Source: Felis catus (taxonomy: Eukaryota). From it: a stretch of 64,000 nucleotides of DNA. Under the pieces are notes generated by a model. It was not told where the DNA came from. It did not search any database and was given only the letters and a program-made list of their open reading frames with translations. Both the position numbers and the translations under genes were made by a program. The stretch covers positions 192,884,001 through 192,948,000 of the forward strand of contig NC_058368.1 in assembly GCF_018350175.1 (NCBI RefSeq). The letters are read 5' to 3'. How positions within the stretch are numbered: the stretch's first letter is position 1; each line of letters begins with the position of its first letter. Positions 35,813-48,305 of this stretch are shown here, in pieces.

Positions 35813-38800
35813 CCGAAAAAATTTATTTAATTTCTCCTTCATAGGAAAATGTATCTGTTATCTTTCTAAAGCTCTGTTGTTTTGCCTTTCAAATTCATGC
35901 TCGATAACCCACCTGATACTGATTTTTATGTGTGGGTGATTTATCAATAGATTCTCATGAATTCTTTTAACCATATCAAAGGCAAATTATGATAATTTTA
36001 TTTTTTACTGTCCAGTTTTTTTGCCTTATGCAAAATTATGCCTTAATTTTTTTTCTTATGTTACCATACTGGCCAAAATTTTCGGTATAATGTTGGATAG
36101 AAGTGGGGATAGCAGGCATCCTTGATACATTCCATATCTCAAAGAAAAGTTCTTAGTCTTTCACTATTATGTAGGATGTTTTGCACTTAGATGGTTTTCT
36201 AAATACTTTTTATTAAAGTAAGTAAATTCTTTTTTATTCCTGGTTTTCTAAAAGTGTTGTATCATGACTAGATATTGAACTTCATCCTATGCATTTTATG
36301 TACCTATTGAGATTCTAATTTGATTTTTCTCATTCAATTAACATAGTGAATTATATTGACTGATTTTTAAGTACTATATCAACCTTGCATCCAGGAATAA
36401 ACTCCATTTGGTTAGCAGGTATATCTTAATTCTATATCGCTGGAATCATTTTCCTAATATTTTAATTAGGGTTTTTGCATTTAAGTTCACATGTGAGATT
36501 AGTCTGTAGTTCTCCTTTCTTGTACTGTCCTTGCCAAGTTTTGGTATCAAAATTATATGCCATAACATGAGTTGAAAAGTATTTTGTTTCAAAAAGTGGG
36601 TTTAGAATTATTTCCTCTTTTTTCATTCTCTAGAAGAGTTTGTATAATACCTATAATAGAATTTGTCTGGGCAGCCATCTGGGCCTAAAATATTCTTTGA
36701 GAGACAGTTTTCAATATGAATTATGAAAAGCCCTATTCAGATTTTCTATTTCTTCTTATGTCTGTTTTGGAAAGTTGTGTTTTAGCAGAAATGCGTTCAT
36801 TTTACCTAATTTATTTCAAACTTATTTGTATAAAATAGTTTATGCTACTATGTTATTTTATTTTTAATCCAGTAGAATATGTAGTGATAGCTTCTTTTTG
36901 TTGGTTATTTGTTCCTACTGTCCTTTAATTTGATCAGTGTTTCCAGCTTTTATCAATGTTATCAGTGTTTTCAAAGGACGAACTTCTGGCTTTACTGATC
37001 CTTTTTATTGTATGGTTGTTTCTATTAATTTCCGTTCTTATTTTTATTTTGTCCAATTAATTTGGGATTTAGTCTGTTGTGTTATTCTATTGTTTTGAGA
37101 TGAATAATTAATTCATTTTTCAGCCTTTCCCCTTTTTAACATGTATTTGAAGCTGCATATTTCTAAGTACATTTTAACTGCATCTCAATGTTCTAATAAG
37201 TCATGTTTTAATTAAAATTCAGGACTAAATATATCTTAATTTACATTGTGGTTATTTCTTGTATCTATGGAATATTTAACAATGTATTTGCTATTTTCAA
37301 AATATATGGAGATTCCTGGTTATACGTTTATTATTGATTTATAGCTTAATGGCAACTGTGACCAGAGGAAATGCTCTAATTTCTTACCTTTGAACCTAGC
37401 TGAGACTTGTCTTATAACTCAATATATAGCCAATTTTTTCTAATCGCCAAAAAATCTAATAGCCAAAAAATCTAATCTTTTGTGCTTGAAAAGATGTTTA
37501 TCCTGCAGTTTTGAGTTTTATTTACGTCCTTCAGGAAGATATTGCTAATTGCCTTGTTAAGTCTTCTATATTCATGCTTTTATGGTCTGCTTAAAAAAAA
37601 ATCATTTACTGAAACATTGAAGATGGTAGAACAGCATGGAAGTGTTTTGTGTGTCTTGTGTCCATGAAATACAACCAGAGCAACACTAAACCATCCTACA
37701 CACCTAGAAAATTGATTGGAGGATTAACACAACAATCTGCATAACCTGAACCATAGAATTCAGCAGGTATGCTGTGCGGACAGGTGAATTGGGGAGCAAG
37801 AAGCTGCGGAGGTTAGGGATCCACTTTTGCAGGCAGAGAGAGGACAGAGACTGGGGAGGGGGGGAGAATATGGGAAAAGCACCCCTCCCCAAAAGCAGCT
37901 GGAGAGAAAGTGGAAAATTGGTAACAGCCACAGGGACTAAACTAAAAAGGGAGAAAGGAGAAAGGAGAGGGTTTAAATTCCATTAAGACTGTAAACAAGG
38001 GGAGCGCAAAGGCTGCAATTCCGCAGCTCCATACCTGGTGGTGCTCTGGTGAGAAGGGTAAATCCCCAGGAACAGAGTGGGATCTGGGAGGTTCTCGGGC
38101 CACACAGGAAAAGCAGTTCCACTGCTGGAAGGACATTTGGTAGAGACTGTTGAAGCCACCTGGTCCCAGCAGACCCCAGAAGGTGGCCACATTTGCTGGT
38201 GCTGGAACAAGGTCGTTAAGGGTGAAGACTGGTGCCAGATGTGTGTTGTGATTTTTCTATAATCCCTGAAACGCTGCTGCTACACTATCTCGCAAACTTT
38301 TTCTGGGGCGGGCTGGACCTGGCCGCAGCCTTGGGGCACCGGCAGCAGCAGGGTCCAGCAAGCATTCCTGGGTGCAGCCGACATTTGGCCATTGCTCGGT
38401 GAGACCCTCCCGCAGAGGGGCGGAACGGGTCAAAGCCACAGTCCTTCAGAAGTAAGGGGCTGGGGAAAACAGCCGCATCTGAGACAAAACTTGGGAGAGA
38501 GGTACTGCCTGGGGCCTGGTCACAGAGAGTGAAGTGGGGAGTGGACGAAAGCTGAAGACAGAGGACAGGTGTGCGATTGCTGATCTGGGAGAAGAGACTG
38601 GGTAGCTGGTGGCGCCATTTTCATCACTCCTGCGCATGCGCATACTCACCTATGAGCACCGCAACAATCCACCCCAGTAGGCTAGCAGCACCATCTAGTG
38701 GAGAGCAGAGCCATTACACTGAGCCCTGCCCAACTGGGCCAACCTCACTCTTCAAGAACACAAGTCTCACCCCCGGCTTAGTTTATGGACTATAAAGCAC

Positions 38801-38899
38801 TACACAGACTGCCTTCTAGGGGAAAACGAAGTAATTTCAGTCCTACTTAAATCTGTTAGCAGGTCCATCTATTCAATTTTCTTTCCTTTTTTTTTTCCT

Positions 38900-39570
38900 T
38901 CTCTTTTACATTTCATTTCTTTTTCTTCAATACAGAAAGAGAAAACATTCATTTTTATTTTCAATTTTTATTAAAAATATTTTTCTTTAAATTTTATTAC
39001 TATATTTTTTTACTTTTGTGTAAATTTTTTCAAGTTCTATTTTACTTCCATCATTTTATTTTCGTCTACCTCAATGTATTCACCTTTTCAAATTTTCAAA
39101 CAATTTTCTTTTTTTTCTTTTTTTCTTTTTTCTTTTTTTCATTTCTTTTCTTTTTCTTGAATGTAAAAAGAGAAAAACTTCATTTTTACTTTCAATTTTA
39201 TTAAAATATTTTTATTTAATTTTTTTACTACATTTTTTGCTTTTATGTAAATTTTTTCAAATTCTATTTTACTTCCATCATTTTATTTTAGTCTACTACA
39301 GTGTATTCATTTTTTTCAAATTTTCAAACGATTTCTTTTTTTAAAATCTTTTTTCTCTTTTTTGTTTCTTTTCTTTTTCTTGGATACAGAAAAAGAAAAA
39401 AATTCATATTTATTTTTAATTTTTATTAAAAAATAGTTTTAATTTTTCTACTATATCCTTTACTTTTGTGTATATTTTTTTCAAATTCTATTTTACTCCC
39501 ATCATCTCATTTGAGTCTACTTCAGTGTATTCATTTTTTCAAATTCTCAAAAGATTTCCTTTTTTTTTTC
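38900..39570. repeat. Three ~225-230 bp T-rich tandem units in the L1 5'UTR
   Basis: Anchor ttctattttact recurs at 39035, 39262 and 39486; tattaaaa recurs at 38969, 39199 and 39424. Confidence 0.9.
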
Positions 39571-39762
39571 TCCCCCCCCACCCTTTTTTTCTCTAATCTG
39601 TCAAACCACTTTCAACACCCAGACCAAAACACACCTAGGATCTAGCATCATTTATTCGATTTGTGTGTGTGTGTTTTAAATTTTTAAATTTTAATGTTTT
39701 TTTAATTTTAATTTTTTTAATTTCAATTTTTCTACCTCATTAATTCCTTTTCTGCCTTCAAA

Positions 39763-40640
39763 ATGACAAAATGAAGGAATTCACCCCAAAAGAAAGAGCA
39801 CAAAGAAACAACAGCCAGGGATTTAACCAACACAGATACAAGCAAGATGTCTGAACCAGAATTTAGAATCACGATAATAAGAACACTAGCTAGAGTCGAA
39901 AATAGATTAGAATCCCTTTCTGCAGAGATAAAAGAAGTAAAAAATAGCCAGAATGAAATTAAAAACGCTATAACTGAGCTGCAATCATGGATGGATGCAG
40001 TGGCGGCAAGGATGGATGAGGCAGAACAGAGAATCAGTGATGTAGAGGACAAACTTATAGAGAATAATGAAGCAGAAAAAAAAGAGGGAGATGAAGGCAA
40101 AAGAGCATGATTTAAGAATTAGAGAAATCAGTAACTCATTAAAAAGGAACATCAGAATCATAGGGGTCCCAGAAGAGGAAGAGAGAGAAAAAGGGGTAGA
40201 AGGGTTATGTGAGCAAATCATAGCGGAAAACTTTCCTAAACTGGGGAAAGACACAGACATCAAAATCCAGGAAGCACAGAGGACCCCCATTAGATTCAAC
40301 AAAAACTGACCATCAATAAGGCATATCATAGTCAAATTCACAAAATACTCAGGCAAGGAGAGAATCATGAAAGCAGCAAGGGAATAAAGTCCCTAACCTA
40401 CAAGGAAGACAGATCAGGTTTGCAGCAGACCTATCCACAGAAACTTGGCAGGCCAGAAAGGAGTGGCAGGATATATTCAGTGTGCTGAATCAGAAAAATA
40501 TGCAGCTAAGAATTCTTCATCCTGCAAGGCTGTCATTCAAAATAGAAGGAGACATTAAAAGTTTCCCAGACAAACAAAAACTAAAGGAGTTTGTGACCAC
40601 TAAACCAGCCCTGCAAGAAATTTTAAGGGGGACTCTCTGA
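39763..40640 (+). pseudogene. L1 ORF1p, disrupted
   Basis: ATG at 39763 (MTK*RNSPQKKE, stop at codon 4). Fragments MSEPEFRITIIR... and NIRIIGVPEEEE...AENFP. Frameshift near 40080 and further stops. Confidence 0.9.
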
Positions 40641-40735
40641 GGGGAGAAAAGATGAACATATATATACCAAAAGCAACAAAAGATTAGAAAGGACCAGAGA
40701 ACACCACCAGAAACTCCAACTCTACAAGCATCATA

Positions 40736-43700
40736 ATGGCAATAAATTCATATCTTTCAGTACTCACTCTAAACGTCAATGGACTCAATGCTCCAATCAA
40801 AAGACAAAGGGTAACAGAATGGATAAGAAAACAAGATCCATCTATATGCTGTTTATAAGAGACCCACTTTAGAGCTAAAGACACATACAGATTGAAAATA
40901 AAGGGATGGAGAACCATCTATCATGTTAATGGTCAACAAAGGAAAGGCGGAGTAGCCATACTTATATCAGACAATCTAGAATTTAAAATAAAGACTGTAT
41001 GAAGAGATGCAGAAGGGCATTATATCATAATCAAGGGGTCTATCCACCAAGAAGACCTAACAATTGTAAACATTTATGCGCCAAATGTGAAGAACCCAAA
41101 TATATAAATCAATTAATCACAAATAGAAAGAAACTCATCGATAGTAATACCATAATAGTAGGAGACTTCAACACCCCACTCACAGCAATAGATAGATCAT
41201 CTAATCAAAAAATCAACAAGGAAAGAGTGGCTTTGAAACATACTGGACCAGATGGACTTAACAGATATATTCAGAACATTTCATCCTAAAGCAGCAGAAT
41301 ATACATTCTTCTCCAGTGCACATGGAACATTCTCCAGAATAAACCACATACTGTGACACAAATCATCCCTAAGTAAATACAAAAAGATCGAGATCATACC
41401 GTGCATATTTTCAGACCACAACGCTATGAAACTCGAAATCAACCGCAAGAAAAAATTTGGAAGAGTAACAAATACTTGGAGACTGAAGAACATCCTACTA
41501 AAGAATGAATGGGCTAACCAAACAGTTAAAGAGGAAATTAAAAAGTATATGGAAGTCAATGGAAATGATAACACCACAACCCAAAACCTCTGGGATGCAG
41601 CAAAGCAGTCATAAGAGGAAAGTATATAGCAATCCAGGCCTTCCTAAAGAAGGAAGAAAATCTCAGATACACAACCTAACATTACACCTTAAGGAGTTGG
41701 AAAAAGAACAGCAAATAAAACCCAAGACCCCAAACCCAATCTTCCTAAAGACCTCACATACACAACCTAACCTTATACCTTAAGGAGCTGGAAAAAACAA
41801 CAGCAAATAAAACCCAAAACCAGCAGAAGACAGGAAGTAATAAAGATTAGAGCAGAAATTAATGCCATTGAAACCAAAAAAAACAGAACAGATCAATGAA
41901 ACCAGAAGCTAGTTCTTTGAAAGAATTAACAAAGTTGATAAACCACTAACCAGTTTGATCAAAAAGAAAAAGGAAAGGACCCAAATAAATAAATCAAGAA
42001 TGAAAGAGGAGAGATCACAACCAACACAGCAGAAATAAAAACAATAATAAGAGAATATTATGAACAATTATATGCCAATAAAATGGGAAATCTGGAAGAA
42101 ATGGACAAATTCCTAGAAACATATACACTACCAAAACTGAGGATGAAATAGAAAATTTGAACAGACCCATAACCAGTAAGGAAATTGAATTAGTAATCAA
42201 AAATCTGCCAAAAAACTAGAGTCCAGGGCCAGATGGCTTTCCAGGGGAATTCTACCACACATTTAAGGAAGAGTTAACATCTATTCTCTTGAAGCTGTTC
42301 CAAAAAATAGAAATGGAAGGAAAACTTCCAAACTCTTTCTATGAAGCCAGCATTACCTTGATTCCAAAACCAGACAGAGACCCCACTAAAAAGGAGAACT
42401 ATAGACCATTTTCCCTGATGAACATGGATGCAAAAATCCTCAACAAGATATTAGCCAACTGGATTCAACAATACATTAAAAAAATTATTCACCACGACCA
42501 AGCGGGATTTATACCTGGGATGCAGGGCTGGTTCAATATCCGCAAAACAATTAATGTGATTCATCACATCAATAAAACAAAGGACAAGAACCATATGATC
42601 CTCTCAATAGATGCAGAGAAAGCATTTGACAAAATACAGCATCCTTTCTTGATAAACACCCTCAAGAAAGTAGGGATAGAAGGAGCATACCTCAAGATCT
42701 TAAAAGCCACATATGAACGACCCAATGCTAATATCATCCTCAATGGGGAAAAACTGAGAGCTTTCCCCCTAAGGTCAGGAACAAGACAGGGATGTCCACT
42801 CTCACCACTGTTATTCAACATAGTATTGGAAGTATTAGCCTCTACAATAAGACAACACAAAGAAATAAAAGGCATCCAAATTGGCCAGGAGGAGGTCAAA
42901 CTCTCACTCTTCACAGATGACATGATAGTCTAATGGAAAACCCAAAAGCTTCCACCAAAAACCTGCTAGCATTGATTCATGAATTCAGCAAAGTTGCAGG
43001 ATATAAAGTCAATGCACAGAAATCGGTTGCATTCATATACACCAACAATGAAGTGACAGAAAGAGAAATCAAGGAATCAATCCCATTTACAGTTGCACCA
43101 AAAACCATAAAATACCTAGGAATAAATCTAACCAAAGAGGTGAAAAATCTATACGCTGAAAACTATAGAAAGCTTGTGAAAGAATTTGAAGAAGACACAC
43201 ACACACACAAAAAAAAAAATGGAAAAAGATTCCATGCTCCTGGATAGGAAGAACAAATATTGTGAAAATGTCAATAATACCCAAAGCAATCCACATATTC
43301 AGTGCAATCCCTATCAAAATAATACCATCATTCTTCACAGAGCTAGAACAAATAATCCCAAAATTTGTATGGAACCAGAAAAGACTCCAAATAGCCAAAA
43401 CGATCTTGAAAAAGAAAACCGAAGCAGGAGGCATCACAATCCCAGACTTCAAGCTATACTACAAAGCTGTAATCATCAAGACAGTATGGTACTGGCACAA
43501 GAACAGACGCTCTGATCAATGGAAGAGAATAGAGAACCCAGAAATGGACCCACAAACGTATGGCCAAGTAATCTTTGACAAAGCAGGAAAGAGTATCCAA
43601 TAGAATAAAGACAGTCTCTTCAGAAAGTGGTGCTGGGAAAACTGGACAGTGACATGCAGAAGAATGAACCTGGACCACTTTCTTACACCATACACAAAAA

Positions 43701-44652
43701 TAAACTCAAAGTGGATGAAGGACTTAAATGTAAGACAAGAAGCCATCAAAATCCTTGAGGAGAAAGCAGGCAAAAACCTCTTTGATCTTGGCCACAGCAA
43801 CTTCTTACTCAACACATCACTGGAGGCAAGGGAAACAAAAGCAAAAATGAACTACTGGGACCTCATCAAAAGAAAAAGCTTCTGCACAGTGAAGGAAACA
43901 AGCAGCAAAACTAAAAGGCAACCAACAGAATGGGAGAAGATATTTGCAAATGACATATCTGATAAAGGGTTAGTATCCAAAATCTATAAAGAACTTATCA
44001 AACTCAACACCCCCCAAAAAAATAATCCAGTGAAGAAATGGGCAAAAGACATGAATAGACACTTCTCCAAAGAAGACATCCAGATGGCCAACCGACCCAT
44101 GAAAATATGCTCAACATCACTCATCATCAGGGAAATACAAATCAAAACCACAATGAGATACCACCTTACACCTGTCAGAATGGCTCCAATTAACAGCTCA
44201 GTCAACAACAGATGTTGGCGAGGATGTAGAGAGAGAGGATCTCTTTTGCGTTGTTGGTGGGAATGCAAGCTGGTGCAGCCACTCTGGAAACAGTATGGAA
44301 GTTCCTCAAAAAACTGAAAATAGAACTACCCTACGACCCAGCAATTGCACTACTAGGCATTTATCCAAGGGATACAGGTGTGCTGTTTCGAAGGGACACA
44401 TGCACCCTAATGTTTATAGCAGCACTATCAACAATAACCAAAGTATGGAAAGAGCCCAAATGTCCATTGATGGATGAATGGATAAAGAAAATGTGGTATA
44501 TATATGTATATATATGTACTTGTATATGTATATATATGTATATATATGTATACATATATGTATATATGTATTACTCGGTAACCAAAAAGAATGAAATCTT
44601 GCTATTTGCAACTATGTGGATGGAACTGGAGGCTACTATGCTAAGTGAAATT
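40736..44652 (+). pseudogene. L1 ORF2p (APE endonuclease / reverse transcriptase), disrupted
   Basis: ATG at 40736 (…TLNVNGLNAPIKR), [34 protein letters not shown] at 42910-42921 and IKYLGI motifs. Many stops and frameshifts. End approximate. Confidence 0.93.
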
Positions 44653-44964
44653 AGTCAGAGAAAGATAAACATCATATGGCTTCACTCATATGAGGACTTT
44701 AAGAGACAAAAACAGATGAACATCAGGGAAGGGAAACAAAAATAATACAAAAACAGGGAGGGGACAAAACAGAAGAGACTCATAAATATGGAGAACAAAC
44801 TGAGGGTTACTGGAGGGGTGGTGGGAGGGGGGATGGGCTAAATGGGTAAGGGGTACTAAGGAATCTACTCCTGAAATCATTGTTGCACTATATGCTAACT
44901 AATTTGGATGTAAACTTTAAAAAATTAAAAAAATAATAAAAAAATAAAAAAAATTATTTACTGA

Positions 44965-46250
44965 TAAAATCTTCCACCGTGATTATGGCTTGTTTAGTAA
45001 ATAAATATAATATATATTATATATTATAATATTATTATATTATATACATAAATATATAAAATATAAATAAATAAATATATATATTTAAGGCCATGTAATC
45101 AGGTACATATGAATTTAAATTTTTTACCCTTTTTTCTGATTGAGGGTCTTATCATTAAGAAAAGCCCCCCCCTTTTTTAATCTCTGTAGTGCTTTTTGAC
45201 TTTTTTTATTGAATAGCTACTTGCTATTAACACAGCTCTACTAGCTTTCTTTGGATTAGTATTCATATGATATATATTTACTAGTATTTTTCTATCCCTT
45301 TACTCTCAACTTTTATATATTCTTAAGTTTTAGATGTGTCTCTTATAAACCATATGCCTTTGTTGTTTCTCAAAGCCAGGCTGATAATCTTTGTTTTAAC
45401 TGGAGCATATAGACCGTTTATATCTAACATTTACATTAATATCTATACATAAATGTATGTATGTTTATTCTTGACGCTGCAAGAAACTCAGGACACTTTA
45501 ACTCTTTCCAGCTTACATGTTACTACTGTCCTGTATTTTAATTCTACGGGCATTTTAAACACCATAGGAATACCTCCTTATTTTTTAAAGACCAATTTTA
45601 AGATATAATTCACAAACCTACAATTCACCCATCAAAGTGTACAATTCAGTGGTTGTTAGTACATTCACAGATATGTGCAACTACCCACCACAGTGAATTT
45701 TAGAACATTTCTGCCACTTTAAAAAGATACCCCATACCCTTCAGCCATCCCCTGCCCCTGCCCCTCATCTCCACCCCCAGCCCTAAGAATCCATTAATCT
45801 ACTTTCTGTCTATAGATTTCCCTACTGTGGACTTCCATATGAATGGAAGCCTCATTACCGTTCTACAGCAATTAACCATTTAGATTTATTCCCACATTGA
45901 CCATTTTCATTCCTTCTGACTTCTCTCACCTTCTATGTGGAGAAAACACAAGTTACTATTTCCTTTAGTGTAAGTCCGCCAGTGATATATTCTCTCAGAC
46001 AAAATATAGTTTGCATGAAATGCCTTTATTTTATCTTCATTTCTGCAGGATATTCTTGCTAGGTTTAGAATTTTATTTGAGGTATTTTCTTTCATCAGTT
46101 TAAAGACATCATCCCATTGTGTTTTTGTTTGTTTGCTTGTTTGTTTTTTGGTTTTTTGTTTGTTTGTTTGTTTTTGTCTTCCCTTGTTTCTCTTGAGAAG
46201 TGTGCTGCTGGTCTAATGTCTGCTCCTTTGAAAGTAATGTGTCATTTAGC
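44965..46250 (-). mobile_element. Continuation of the ancient L1M, with an AT-rich tract (~45000-45085) and an L1MB-like 3' fragment (~45580-45850)
   Basis: ttttagatgtgtctcttataaac...ctgataatctttgttttaactgg; tttaagatataattcac...aaagtgtacaattcagtgg. Confidence 0.65.
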
Positions 46251-46713
46251 CTGCTGTTAGCCAGAGGGCTGGCTTGCTTCTGGTTTACCTTTATTTATAC
46301 TGTCATCTGGCTATTCTGCTCGGGTTCCGAGTTTCTGCTCGACCCGAAGGGTCGTAGACAGAAATTTTTGTGTTCTCAGCCCCGAGGGACTGTCAAAGCA
46401 GCACTTCTCAGTCTCTCAGATGACTCATTTGGATGAACAGAGTCCTGCAGGACAAAACTCTCAACTCACATCTCCACTTCCCCCCAAGTTTTGGTCTATT
46501 CGTTCTTCACTACCCTCATTAGCACTCTGATACATTCAAGTAGATTTTTAAACAATTGTCCATCTTTTCTTATTGTTCTCAGCTGGACGGCTGGAGAGTT
46601 GGTCTGAATTACTTACTTTAACATTACTGACTCTATCATATCACCTCATTTTACTTTCTTCATAGGTTTCACTGCCATTTGGAAAGCTCTTCTTTAATCG
46701 TTTGTCTGTGTTT

Positions 46714-47086
46714 GTTTTTTTACTTGTTTTATTTTTTTAAATTCACATCTCAATTAGTTAGCATATAGTGCAACAATGATTTCAGGAGTGGATTCTTTAG
46801 TGCCCCTTAACCCATTTAGCCCATCCCCCCTCCCACCACCCCTCCAGTAACCCTCAGGTGTTCTCCATATTTATGAGTCTCTTCTGTTTTGTCCCCCTCC
46901 CTGTTTTTATATTATCTTTGTTTCCCTTCCCTGATGTTCATCTGTTTTTGTCTCAAAGTCCTCATATGAGTGAAGTCATATGATTTTTGTCTTTCTCTAA
47001 TTTCACTTGGCATAATACCCTCCAGTTCCATCCACGTAGTTGCAAATAGCAAGATTTCATTCTTCTTGATTGCCGAGTAATACTCC

Positions 47087-47138
<52 letters not shown>

Positions 47139-47386
47139 CACACACCATATCTTCTTCATCCATTCATCCAACGATGGACATTTGGGCTGTTTCCATACTT
47201 TGGCTATTGCTGAGAGTGCTGCTACAAACATGGGGGTGCATGCGTTCCTTCGAAACAGCATACCTGTATCCCGTGGATTAATGCCCAATAGTGCAATTGC
47301 TGGGTTGTAGGGTAGTTCTCTTTTTAGTTTTTTGAGGAACCTCCATACTGTTTTCCAGAGTGGCTGCACCAGCTTGCATTCCCACA
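46714..47386 (-). mobile_element. 5'-truncated carnivore LINE-1 3' end, same family as the full-length copy
   Basis: ORF 46962-47387 ([21 protein letters not shown]). 3'UTR matches 44650-44930. Perfect 13-bp TSD tttgtctgtgttt at 46701-46713 and 47387-47399. Confidence 0.95.
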
Positions 47387-47839
47387 TTTGTCTGTGTTTT
47401 AATTGTCCTGCTAGGCTGTAAGCCCCATAAGAGCACAGTCCTTAACTTGCTGACTGTATCCTCCACCCCTGACCAAACACAGATCGGACTTCTCTCTTCA
47501 CTGCCATCTGATACTACAGTCTTCTCTCCCTCTTTGCTTTTTACCCTCATGGTCTTTTTCTTGCCCTTGTAGTTTCCTCGTAACCTCTCACCATAGGACC
47601 TTTGTATATGCTGTTACCTCTACCTGGAAAGTCTCTCCCTTCCTATTTTACTTAGTTAACTCCTCAGCTCAAGCATAACTTCTCAAGGAATCCATCCCTA
47701 TCTGCCTTTACTTGGTTAATTTTCACTATTACATACTTTTATACTACTATATACATAAAATTTATTGCACTTTTTATAGTTTAAACATTACATATATTTG
47801 TGTAGTAATTTCATTTGTAAGCTCCATGAAAGAAGATAC

Positions 47840-48305
47840 TGAAAGGGCGGACCTATGCTGCTGACTCCATCTTGTTCTGTGTCCTCCACCTTGAGTGACT
47901 ATATCCCCAACATGCCCCCTTTCTGGGAAAATCGCAGAAACCTCAGACTACGCCTCCTCCCTTTGAGTAACCTCCCGCTCACCCGCTCACCCGTTCAAAC
48001 TTCCCGATCAAAACACGACTGGCGACCTGTGTAACAGGACTCCGACCCTTCCCCAGCCAATCGGCTGAGCCCACAACCCTTCCTCAGCCAATTGGCTGAG
48101 GCCACAGCCATTACCTCACCAACTGCCCCTAGACCCCAATAAAACCTTTGTGCTTTTGAAACTGGCTCTCTCTCCCTGGCATCTCACCGCTGAGTCGGTG
48201 CAGGTAGGGGATTGAGCTCGAGCTAGCTCGAATAAAGGCTCTTTGCTTTTGCATCAGACTCGGCTCCCTGGTGGTCTTTGGGGATCACGAATTCTGGGCA
48301 TAACG
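47840..48305 (+). mobile_element. Relatively young ERV1-type solo LTR inserted in an L2 relic
   Basis: Starts TGAAAG. Two CCAAT boxes (48057, 48088), TATA-like aataaaa ~48138, AATAAA 48231-48236. TSD atac at 47836-47839 and 48306-48309 (gatac if 5 bp). CpGs retained. Confidence 0.9.

Larger units (their letters stand above)
33835..37596 (-). mobile_element. Ancient L1M (L1ME-like) 3' end and ORF2 relic, interrupted by later insertions
   Basis: AT-rich degenerate L1 antisense motifs (tataatgttggatagaagtggggatagcaggcatccttg; tagtgaattatattgactgattt; ttttggtatcaaaattat). Includes (CA)n at 33858-33897. Confidence 0.75.
37613..44948 (+). mobile_element. Full-length (~7.3 kb) decayed carnivore LINE-1 with 5'UTR, ORF1, ORF2, 3'UTR and polyA
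   Basis: aagatgg 5' motif, GC-richer 5'UTR, ORF1p and ORF2p fragments in the ORF track, G-rich 3'UTR and A tail. TSD aaaaatcatttactga (37597-37612) / aaaaattatttactga (44949-44964). Confidence 0.95.

Noticed and set aside
38900..39570. CRISPR-like or satellite array
   Set aside because: Eukaryotic context; the units are contiguous degenerate repeats inside an L1 5'UTR with no unique spacers
37613..44948. Active LINE-1 or a novel reverse-transcriptase system
   Set aside because: Ordinary L1 with a stop at ORF1 codon 4, multiple ORF2 stops and frameshifts, FADD changed to FTDD followed by a stop, and microsatellite insertions
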